From Azolla caroliniana (Eukaryota; Plantae; Polypodiophyta), in contig JBHGNT010000318.1 in NCBI GenBank assembly GCA_043228905.1, positions 1 to 35,280 of the forward strand: a stretch of DNA of 35,280 nucleotides, read 5' to 3'. The position numbers were made by a program, and so were the translations under genes. The notes beneath the pieces are model-generated. The model worked only from the letters and a program-made list of their open reading frames with translations. It was not told where the DNA came from and searched no databases. Below, piece by piece: positions 1 through 10,170 of the stretch (positions within the stretch are counted from its first letter, which is position 1; the number at the start of each line of letters is the position of its first letter).

Positions 1-91
1 TGTATGTATATATGTATATATGTGAGTGATTGGCAAGTGGGTCATTGTGTGTGTGGTGTGGTTTTTGTCCGGTCGCGTGTGAGTGTCCATA

Positions 92-320
92 TTGAGTTGA
101 GTTGAGTTGAGTTGAGTTGGGTTGATTTGCATTGTTTTCTTTGGTTTTTTGGGCTTCCAAAAGAGAAAGAAAGGCCAGAGACAGAGAAACAGAGACAGCG
201 AGTAAGTAATGAATGACGTGATCACGCTTCTTCCCCCTTCCCCTTCTCCTTCTCCTTCCCAGCCGCGTGTTCCAGCCATCATCTGTGTCTGTGTCTGTGT
301 CTGTGTCTGTGTGTCTGTGT
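92..320. repeat. Microsatellites upstream of the ERF gene: (TTGAG)5 at 92-116 and (TCTGTG)n at about 282-320
   Basis: Directly visible simple repeats. Confidence 0.9.
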
Positions 321-627
321 CCAGCTGGACACGGCGGGGCGCTTCTCTGATCTGATCCCGTAATCCCTAATAGAATCCATCGCCGCGTCGTCCAGCCATC
401 ATCTTCTTCGGATTTCCACCGCCTCTGCCCTAAATCTTCATCTTCATCATCAAATCTGTCTCATTTTACATCCACCGTCTTCGCCTTCAGCTCCCTCGTT
501 TGATTCAGCCCATCTCCTTCGGATTTCCACCGCCTCTGCCCTAAAATCTTCGTCTTCGTCTTCGTCTTCATCTTCATCATCAATCAAATCTGCCTCATTT
601 TCGTCTTCAGTCCCCTCATTTGATTCA
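261..627 (+). repeat. Imperfect tandem duplication (period about 110-120 bp) in the ERF 5' region
   Basis: cttcggatttccaccgcctctgccctaaa...catcaaatctg.ctcatttt...cttcag.tccctc.tttgattca occurs at 406-507 and 517-627. gccgcgt..tccagccatcatct occurs at about 263-283 and 382-404. Confidence 0.85.
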
Positions 628-2047
628 TAGTCGTCTTCTTCAGAACGCTAGTTCTTTGCATTATGAGATTCTTCTTTTATATCCTCCACTTTCTGGGTTT
701 CATCAAGTCTGATTCTTCTTCTCGTCTCTCTTACTCGTATGCTTCGTTTGCAAAAGCAAACGCGTCTTTGCAGTAGACCTCTTCTTTTACAGAACTAATC
801 CCTCATCCTCTTCCACAGGTAGGGTTAATTCTTTCTGATCCGAAGACCTAGGGTTTTGTTCAAGTCTGTTTCGTTATCCAATTTCGATCATCAATTTGTC
901 CCACAGGATTTTGTACTCATATCAACAGATTGTTCCATTCTCTGATCCAAATCCGAGGTTTTGTTATCCACCAGGTTAGTACTTCTCTTTCTTTCCCGTG
1001 TCTAATTTGTTTTTATTATCATAGCAAAAGAAGCGCTTTTCATTCTCATTGCAAAACTGTTGTAATAAAGAAAATCAGTTTTAGCATTATTTCTGCAACA
1101 GCACAGGGGTAAACTTATATTTGGGTTTTTCTGTGCTAGTCCGTCTTTGTTTCTGATGGCGAAAGTTTTCTACATCGAATATTGAAATAGTTTAAACGCA
1201 AAATGCTTTTGAAATTCCTCCTGGTTGCTATTTCAGGGCAAGATTTCTAGTATAGTAATAGCGGTTCGAGTCTTACTTGTGCTCAAATGATCATCTGCCC
1301 ATGTTATGTTTTTTAAGTGTTAAGAGGGCCAGTTTTGTGATGTGAAGAGAATACCATTCCAAGGGATCTCCTCTCTGTTTGTATTTGCATGAAAGTTAAG
1401 GTATTCCTAGTCAGAGCAGTGATGCACCCAACCTTGAAGCTCAGGTTACCCCCTAGCATTAAGCAAACACTGGTTCTGACCCAGGACTTGTTCGTGCGAG
1501 TTCCAACCTTAGGAAGCAACAAACATTCTGCTTGAAAAGATCAGTATGAGTGTATTTGGTATGGTGCCGTCAAGCCCCTTTTGATGATAGTCTGTGTGAC
1601 ACCTTGCAAATGACTATCACTGGCTTGTTTCTTACACTTAACAGATTTCTATCAACATTTCCATGGAAGCTATACCTGAACTTTTCCTTGAAAATCATTT
1701 TTATTTGTCATAGCAAAGTTTCATGGCATAGCAATAACTCATAATCCACAAGAATATTTTTTACAGCATTTTCATTGAAAGGTCTAGATTTCTAGCAATA
1801 GAAAAAATAATGTAAGAGTGCCTGTAAGTTGTAAATTTCTATGGAATCTCACTTCGTAGTTTATATCTGAAAGCTGAAGCAGAGTCCTATTTTGTAGTCT
1901 GAATTCTTTCTTTATCTAAGAGAAGAATTTTTTAACGTAGAATAATAACACAATCAGATGTTTATTTCCATTTTCATTGATTCATCTTTTCTGAGCCGTT
2001 TTCTCTGGAATTGTTTTTCTTAATTCTCAGGGCAAAAAGGATAAATA

Positions 2048-2773
2048 ATGCAAAAAGACAATCCAATATTTATCCCTAGAGAATCTACTATTGTAATGCC
2101 CGATGCACCAACGATCTTACCGGTCGAACAACAAAAGTTTCGAGGAGTTAGAAGAAGACCATGGGGTCGATTTGCTGCTGAAATAAGGGATCCTGTGAAA
2201 AAAACAAGGGTCTGGCTTGGAACTTTCGATACTGCAGAAGATGCAGCTTTTGCTTATGATGCAGCAGCTCGTACCTTCAGAGGTAACAAAGCCAAAACCA
2301 ATTTTCCTTTCCCTTCTGGTGAGCAACAAAGCACCACTAGTCATAGTAGCACTGTTGAGTCTTCGAGTACACGAACTCCTAAGAGTTTGTCTCGTCGAAG
2401 TGGTGTTGTGACTTCAGCTCGAAGGAATGATAATGATGATGATAATGATGTTGGGTTAATGTCGATGTCAATGCATAAGAGAGTGCAAAAGGTGGCTGTG
2501 GTTGGGATCGACTCTCAGAGAAAGAGGCAAAGGTTGACAAATCCTATGACTCCCTTGTCTCTTTCTATGCATCGCTTTCCCCGAAATGTATATAATCATA
2601 CAGCTATTGACCCTTACCAAAGTGATTGTGACTCTTCCTCATCTGTTATTTTAGACACTGATGAGGCTTATTTACCTCAAGATCAGCCCAATACAACTTA
2701 TCCAAGACCATATTTGGACCTCAATTTTCCACCACCAGAGGAAGATGATTGCAGGTTGGATCTCTTTTTGTGA
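2048..2773 (+). CDS. AP2/ERF transcription factor, group VIIIa / class II repressor (ERF3/ERF7-like)
   Basis: 241-aa ORF with AP2 domain [55 protein letters not shown]. Also SSTVESSS and SDCDSSSSV motifs, EAR motif LDLNFPPP and terminal LDLFL (LxLxL). A polypyrimidine/cag acceptor ends at 2030, just before the ATG, implying a 5'UTR intron. Confidence 0.95.
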   Translation: MQKDNPIFIPRESTIVMPDAPTILPVEQQKFRGVRRRPWGRFAAEIRDPVKKTRVWLGTFDTAEDAAFAYDAAARTFRGNKAKTNFPFPSGEQQSTTSHSSTVESSSTRTPKSLSRRSGVVTSARRNDNDDDNDVGLMSMSMHKRVQKVAVVGIDSQRKRQRLTNPMTPLSLSMHRFPRNVYNHTAIDPYQSDCDSSSSVILDTDEAYLPQDQPNTTYPRPYLDLNFPPPEEDDCRLDLFL

Positions 2774-3228
2774 ATCATCCATATTGGTCCAAGTACAGCT
2801 TGTGCTTAGATCGTAATCGAAAATTGGCTTTACGATAGATGAGTCTTGTTTCCATTTTATTCTCTTTTTGTATATCATTCAAATTCACATGAATCTCCTC
2901 GCTGATAATCTCATCAGTTAAACCCAATGTGTTATTGGGAAATTTTAATGGAATTTCCAAATGCTAAATTTGTATCTATAGCATGGGTGCAAGCCTGTAC
3001 AGAAGCATGTCTTTTATGAAGAAAATTTATTATACATGTGATTGAGCTAAATAGAATCTGATATTTGAGCTGAGCTGTTGTTTTGTGGCATTACATATAT
3101 ATTGTTCATGACAGAAGGAATTTATAACTTAAAATTTGATCATTACATCCCATAGTATTTACATTGTTCTGCTTGACAATGCAAGAGACAAAAAGCACCT
3201 TTTTGTACCACTTTCTACTAGTGTCGCA

Positions 3229-3355
3229 CACTATAGATGATGTTATATGCTGCTTCATGCATTAAAAGACAGTAATATGGACCAAGTTTCCACTATAGAT
3301 GATGACGTTATACATTGCTTCATGCATTGAAAGACATTAATATGAACCAAGTTTG
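3229..3355 (+). repeat. Imperfect tandem duplication of about 62 bp
   Basis: cactatagatgatg..ttata...tgcttcatgcatt.aaagaca.taatatg.accaagttt appears twice (about 3229-3290 and 3291-3355). Confidence 0.85.
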
Positions 3356-3533
3356 CTCTACTATAATGTGACAAAAAAATATACTTCATATGGTTAGAGA
3401 GATGCACCTATTTTCAAACAAGCTCCAAAAGCAAACAGAAAGCAAACTTTTCAAATTCTTAGACTTGGCTTTGGTAGATCCTTTGTAGTTACAGCCTGCA
3501 CAATTGACCCAATTAAACAAATGAAGCACAAGG

Positions 3534-3575
3534 TCTTGGGGACATGCTAAAAGTGGCAGAGGATCTTGCATATGA
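3534..3575 (+). pseudogene. rps19: Plastid rps19 C-terminal fragment (start of NUPT)
   Basis: Translates [13 protein letters not shown], comparable to the plastid S19 tail FRGHAKSD..SRR*. It lies immediately upstream of rpl22, as in the plastid operon. Confidence 0.6.
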
Positions 3576-3592
3576 TTAGGAAATCACTTTCT

Positions 3593-3966
3593 ATGGAGAA
3601 TGAAAGAAGATCAAATGTAGGAGCGCAAGCTTCAGCAAAGAATATTCATATGTCAGCTACTAAGGTGCGGCATGTCGCCAAGCAAATCCAAGGTTGTTCA
3701 TATGAAGAAGCACTTGTATCACTTGAATTTATGCCTTACAAAGCATTTATATGATATCACAATTGGTTCTTTCTGCAGCGGAAAATGCTGCTAATAATCT
3801 AGGATTCAAGAAAACCAACTTGTTCATTAGTGAAAGCCAAGTAGATAATTCCACTTACCTCAAGAGGTTTCAACCCCAGGCGCAAGGTCGTGGTTATCCT
3901 ATAAGGAAACCCACGTGTCGAATAACTATCAAGTCAAATTTTAGGTCACTTAAAGAGGGGACTTAA
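3593..3966 (+). pseudogene. rpl22: Plastid 50S ribosomal protein L22 pseudogene (NUPT), 1-bp frameshift near 3746
   Basis: [51 protein letters not shown], frameshift, then [62 protein letters not shown]. This is the L22 signature split across ORFs 3566-3754 and 3751-3966. No transit peptide and no introns. Confidence 0.92.
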
Positions 3967-4080
3967 ATTTTAAATGTAGACAAAGTAATCAATTTTGGAG
4001 ATGTGTCAGCAAAATTGAAAGAGATAATTTTTTAAGAAAGAAACTTATATAATATTAAATCAGGGATTAAGTATAAATGT

Positions 4081-4218
4081 ACGGGATGAAAAATTCATCC
4101 TCTCAGTTTTCAACTCGGTGTAAACCAAAAGTATTTTTCTTATTTGTTTGCACAAATGGAATATTATCCTAAATTCATTTGAGGAAGATAGAAGGATACG
4201 CAACTTAATTGAAAACTA
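4081..4218 (+). pseudogene. rps3: Plastid 30S ribosomal protein S3 N-terminal fragment (end of NUPT)
   Basis: ACG GGA TGA AAA ATT CAT CCT... reads (M)G*KIHPLSFQLGVNQKYFSYLFAQMEYYPKFI, then a frameshift at about 4180, then EEDRRIRNLIEN. This matches the S3 start MG.KIHPLGFRLG. Similarity ends at about 4218. Confidence 0.88.
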
Positions 4219-6165
4219 GTTAGGACATTGCGCAAAAGCAGAATCCATTTGTGTGTCATAGTAGATCGGGCGACTATGTTTCCATTATTTTCCCTAGGAT
4301 CCCACCCAACTCTTCATGGCATTGCTTTACATGAGGGATTATACAATAATCGCTCATCCTACACATGTACGAGGAGCTTAAGATTGGTGCATAACCTTAT
4401 TTGTGAGCACTGCATATAGAGCTAGGCATTACGAGCGTTATTAAATTGGATAGTTTGGAGGAGAATTAGTGACATGTAATAGGATTGTGGCTTTTATATA
4501 GTAGGATAATGATATATTATACATGTGCATTACGAGACGTTGGACTCAACACATAGCCGTTATAATAAATTTAATGAACTCCCACATGTGTTTGAAAGAC
4601 TCCTCAAACTATGGCGGAATCGGACATATAGAGCCATCAAAAGTTGTGTATGGTCAATCACAAAGCTTTTGATCATTGAAGTAAATATTATGTATCTACC
4701 CTATATATAACCCATGGGCCATTGAAACAAGATTAACAACCTCATAAGTCTTGTTCATCAAAGTTATACAAAACATGAGACTATTGAGCAACAATGAACT
4801 ATCGTGAAGCACATGATGATCATTGATGAAGTGGTGGAGATGAACTACATTAATAGTGATATTATGGGATGCTAATAAATGTGGCGAAGATGAGTGATTA
4901 GTACAAACACCATACATAATGCTATGTTGACAAGACAACCTCATCCCTACATAATTGCGTCAAAGTAAAACTCTTTATTGAATGCTCTAATTAATTTACT
5001 TCAAGATCAAATCACTTTAAAACAAGTTTATTGCAACAATCCACGACCGATACTCTTGCAAACCATCTTATAGCTTTGCCATATTTTTTTCTTTATCGAT
5101 ATAAAAATCAATTCCATTACAGCATCCATGCCATTGTTACAAGTTTTTGTCCTTGTAATCTCTTCAAACAATCTATATATAGTCAATGCCCAACATGAAT
5201 CATCCTACAAACAACATACTCATGTAATTCTTCTGAATATCATCATATTACATCCCTTATTTCCAATGGGGATGCTAATATCATAGACCATTGCTTGTGT
5301 TTAAACTGAAATGCTCTAAAACTTGCACAGGTCATTACAAGGGTTAAATAATGTACAGAAACTTAAGGTGTGGATGCATTTAGGAAATGCAGGACGTATT
5401 AACACAAGAAAGGTTAAATGGAAGTTTCTCCTTTCAATATGCAATGTTGAATGAAACTACACTCCATGTACTACCACCATTTATGTCACAAACAGCTATT
5501 ACATGTATAAAACAATGGGAAAATATGGAAATACCCATAAGTTTTTGTTTATTTCCCCAAATGCTCTTGTTATTCACTGACAGCAATTATATGTGCTATT
5601 TAAGCAATTCCATGATTACTCCAACAGTTGACCGAAGGCATTTCAGGGAAAAGGAAACTCATGTGCATTTAGGGAATTAAAGAGAAACACAATTGTTTTA
5701 GAGTTTTCCTTTAACATGATAAGTAGGCATATGAAAACACTAGTACCTTAGGTTTCTTAAGGAAAAGATGGTGACAAGAAAGAGGTAAACTAAGCATGGC
5801 AAGTATCTTAACATTCATGCTTTTGACTGTGGGGTTGATGTGCCATAAGGAAACTTTTTTGTGGAAACAGAATAAACTTCACGTCCAAGTATATGTGAGT
5901 GATGAGCGAAGGATGATTGATGTCAATGAGAAAAAGAAAAGCACATTACAAATTATAAACAGAATGCAGAGAGGGTAGGCGATTAATGTCCGGTTAAATA
6001 TACAAACTCTGTACATGTGACACATTCATATTTCTTCCTCGTAACATTCAAGGCACTTTGCATAGTATGTTTTACCTCACGGCAGATGGCATATATAATC
6101 ACATGTCACATATACATATTTATACTGAAAGAGTAACCCCACCAAGGATTGTAACAGTAAATAAT

Positions 6166-8494
6166 TTATTGTTTCCACCTCGGATGGGTGACAAACTGTG
6201 ACTGACGTTGTTTCCTTAGGGTTGCAAACCTTGAGTCCAAAGTTTGTAGCTTCTTAAAAGCTCCAATAACCTGGTAATAGTAATCATATAATCAAGAAAA
6301 GTGCAATTCAGATATGTAAGAAATCATTGCTGATATACTAACTTACCTTGTTTGAACCCTCAGTTGTTTGAGTAAGTGTTTTCCGTAATGGTGGAGATCT
6401 CCACATTGTTGAATGCCTTCTATCTACCCTCATACTGTAGAAAAGTTAAAAAACCTTTAATCTTCAAAACTCTGCACAATGAAGTTATACTTTTATTGCT
6501 TTCAAAATGGATACCAACAATCCTAGAGGAAAATGGAGATTTAGTTCATCCCGACAATAAAGATTGATCACCATGAGGTCCTCTAAAACAATGTCATCCA
6601 TCCAATAAAGGTAATGTGTTCTTTACACAGACGAACATTCAAATGATTGGGTTCAACATCAAATCACACATTAAATCCTGAATATTGATGCGCTACCTCT
6701 CAACCGATTCAGACTTTGAGATGCAATATCTAGCTTCCTATTCACAGCAATATCTAACATTTGAAAATGTTGCATATTCATCGCAAGCACAATGTTATCC
6801 AGTATAACTATCCACACATAGAAGTCATTCGATAATATGTTGCCATACCCCTGTCAAACCTAGAGAAGAGAAAAAAAATGTGTTGCATTTTCTGATGTAG
6901 TCAGTAGCAATGCCTACTGAATGAATAAGTCCTGGATCCCTGAAGAGGCCTACCACGGTGACAGATACTCAGGTATTTCTCCACTATTCAGAACTCAACT
7001 AACAAGTAAACGTCATTATCTGGATGTGGAGTCTTTACATTGTATATGAAGCCATTGCATCGTGCTGAATAATTGATTCTGTGTAATAACTCACTTAGTT
7101 AACTGAGAGACATGTGATATCTTCGAATTCTGTCCCGGAGTGTCACTTGGATGCGTAGTTCCTTTCAGAGTCTTCCTGGAAACAAATTCAATGATATTTC
7201 TAAGATATGAACCTTGTCGATATATATGTAACTCCTTGTTGATGGATCTTCTTGGGATACAAGTACCTTAACCATCTATTTGATAAAGTGTTAATATTGT
7301 TGGATAAAGCTTGCTGAGCAGCCACTTTGGTTTCTATGAAATTAAAACTTCCATTGCGAGATCTTGACTCAGAGAATTTTCCCTGCTCATTTGTAATGAT
7401 CAAATTTTAAGTTATAAATTCCTTCTGTCATGAATCACAATCAAACAAGCTAGTAACCGTGTTTTGCACCAGTTCATATTATAAAGAAAGGTACAAAGCT
7501 CCATAAATTCCTTTAAACACCTGACGAATTGCAGAGGACCACGCTGATATAATTCCTTGTACAAAATCTTTCCTTGGTTTTACATTTCTCCTCTGATTCT
7601 CTTCTCTAATCAGTTGTCGTTTTCTCTGGTAAAGGCTCTGGGGGTGATCTTGTGGTTCTTGACTTTGCCCATTAAAGGATTTCTTATTTGTGTCTTTTAT
7701 CTGACCATATAGTGGAAATTCTATGATCAGGCTCCAATAAAATTGCTCTTTCCTTCAAAAATATCACGTCAAAGACATGGAATATAGATATTAATTACCT
7801 TAGACTGATTGTGCCGAATGACCTTCCCTTTGGATTGCCTGATGATATCATCTGCAATACAAAAGCCAAAATTGCAACAAGAAATATTTTTTACAATAGA
7901 GTATTAAGTTTGTTGATTCAAGTTTATGAAATGTTAAGATCAATAATTTGTGTGAATAGATTCTTTATGTAAAGTATACAAATTCAGAAAGAACAAACTG
8001 GATTGCAATCAATGCAACAAAAATAACATCAAAGGAAGTTTTCTGATTTTCGTAAGATTTTGAAGGATGATATTCCCTTTTTTAAGAGGATTGTGATGAA
8101 AACTAGTAACTTATTTCGATGGTCAATCTAGAAATTTAAATCAATGGGAAGGATTGATTTGATACTAAAGGTGTTATGCATTTTTTGTTTCGTAAGATTG
8201 ATGAAAGATGCTTTATATTCTCTGAATAGGCGCAATGCAAATCCATAAGGGTAGAAAGAGTCGAAAGAAGAGATTTTTTGAGAAGCGTTTTGATGAGATC
8301 CATAAAAAAAGGATCAGCAAGGCAGCATATAACAAGAATAGATTTCTTGAGAAGTGCAGATAACTTTGACAGTTATATATCAACAAGGCAGCATATTTTG
8401 GTTATAAGGACATACGTAGGAATTACTTACCAAGCGACATATCGACCTTGCGCTCAATGCTATCCATGTTGAACTTCAGAGCTGAGGAAGACAT
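6166..8494 (-). CDS. UAP56-interacting export factor (UIEF1/2-like) mRNA export adaptor, spliced
   Basis: GT-AG exons 8494-8431, 7851-7799, 7700-7521, 7382-7267, 7175-7095, 6434-6347 and 6270-6166 splice in frame; extra small exons between 7094 and 6435 are possible. Product: MSSSALKFNMDSIERKVDMSL|DDIIRQSK (ALY/UIF-type UAP56-binding motif) ... AWSSAIRQ|GKFSESRSRN ... QTLDSRFATLRKQR...WKQ*. These are the three blocks I recall from plant UIEF proteins. Confidence 0.8.
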
Positions 8495-9847
8495 AGCCAA
8501 AGCGATGGCGAAGCGAAGAAGAAGAAGAAAGAAAGAACGAAATAAAGAAGGATTGACCACCACATTCGTTGATGCTGCTGCCTGCACATTTGGTTTCACA
8601 CTTGTCCGGACAAAACGCGACAGCCAGTCCTTTCACACCCACCAGTTCGGACACCCTCAAGATTGAACGGCCTAGCTGGGACAACATTACAATAAAAGAA
8701 AGTATCGTTTATGTCTCTCTATTGGACGACACCAATGAGACCAAACATGTGCATGCACACACGCATGGGCTTTATGGCCTCCTCGATAAACGAAACAGAA
8801 AGCACCAGCATAAACCCTTGCCTGACCAACCAAAACCTTTGAAAATGTTTGTTTAGGCATGTCTTTCACTTAAAACAACCGTGAATGGATTCACCGTTGG
8901 CCTCTTTGGCACGTCGAACTTGCATGGGTTCACCGGTGTTAGAACACAGTCCACAAAAAACAGCATAGGTTAGATGTCATCGAGGGAACATGGTAAGCCC
9001 ATATTCATTTGTGCATCCGTAAGGGCTAGGCATGTAACGAGGTATGGGTGGAGAAAGACCTGAAAAGCAAGGGTTGAGCCTGTTTAGATAAGAGTATGTG
9101 ACTTGACTTTTTGAATCAAATTGAATTGAAAGGTGGTAAATTGGCACAAATCGATTTATTGAAGGAAGCATAAAGGCTTTAAGTAGCAACACGAGGCGCA
9201 AAATAGCGTTCTAAGAAAGATGAACAACCTGCCGCCTTTTTTTCATAACATTGCAATGGTACAAAAGTGTGGAGATTTGGAAATAAATTGGCTCTGCAAA
9301 CTAGTAGTCACAAGATTGGCTACAAACATTGACAATGATTGGGCTTCTTTCCATACCAAGTTGATGATAAACTATAACATTACATAATAATGATACCTCA
9401 AAAGGCCATGTGAAAGTGACACTTGCGGTTGGAGGTTCGAGGGCTCTTAGACCTCAGAACCTTGACAAGGGTTTGGGATGCTTCCCAGATTGACTTGATG
9501 AGAAAACTATCTTTAAAATGTTGCCCATTCACACAACCATCAAAGAGTGGACGATGTTGCCAATAAATGCTTGACATTCGATTGAGACCTTCATGCGTTG
9601 GTAAAAAAGATGAGGAACCATGTGACCGAGCATGAAAAACCATACGGCTCTCTCCCCCTTTAACACACATGTCACCTAGAGACGTGTATGCCTATACATA
9701 TATGTACATATACGTACGGGTGTCCATATACCTATGTATCCGGACGCGAACGAGAACCCTCGACAACTAAACTAGAGGCCGACCCTAAACTTGGAGGCAC
9801 CACCCAGCAGGCACCAAGGGCATGTTAAAGAAGTTACAGTAAATGAC

Positions 9848-10087
9848 ATACATACATATATCATATATGTATGTATGTATGTATGTATACGAGTTGTTTG
9901 TTATACATATATCACGCTGGCTTCGTTGGTGTCATTCCTTTCTCTTCAGATATGGCCCCTGCCACGACCTTCTCCCCTCCTGAGACCCTCCATTTCAACG
10001 TCGGCTCCACTGAATCTACAGCAGCAGCAGGTTTTCGTCTTCCTCTTTCCTTTTTTGTATACAAACATTCTTATGTATGTATGTATG

Positions 10088-10121
<34 letters not shown>

Positions 10122-10170
10122 TGTATGTATGCATGTATGTATGTTTGTATGTATGTGTATATGTATGTAA
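9848..10170. repeat. (TATG/CATA)n microsatellites
   Basis: Runs at about 9848-9890 and 10073-10170, flanking the first coding exon of the plus-strand gene. Confidence 0.95.

Noticed and set aside
3566-3966. Functional nuclear transfer of rpl22
   Set aside because: Frameshift, no transit peptide, and flanking rps19/rps3 fragments indicate a non-functional NUPT.
4700-5290. Possible OTU-protease-like or transposon coding remnant on the minus strand
   Set aside because: Only vague motif resemblance with many stops; cannot be supported without a search.
8278-9670. Short ORFs around the UIEF start and in the intergenic region (e.g. 8448-8666 +, 9398-9670 -)
   Set aside because: Antisense to the UIEF first exon/leader or unrecognisable. 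The basic RRRRRKK stretch comes from a GAA repeat.
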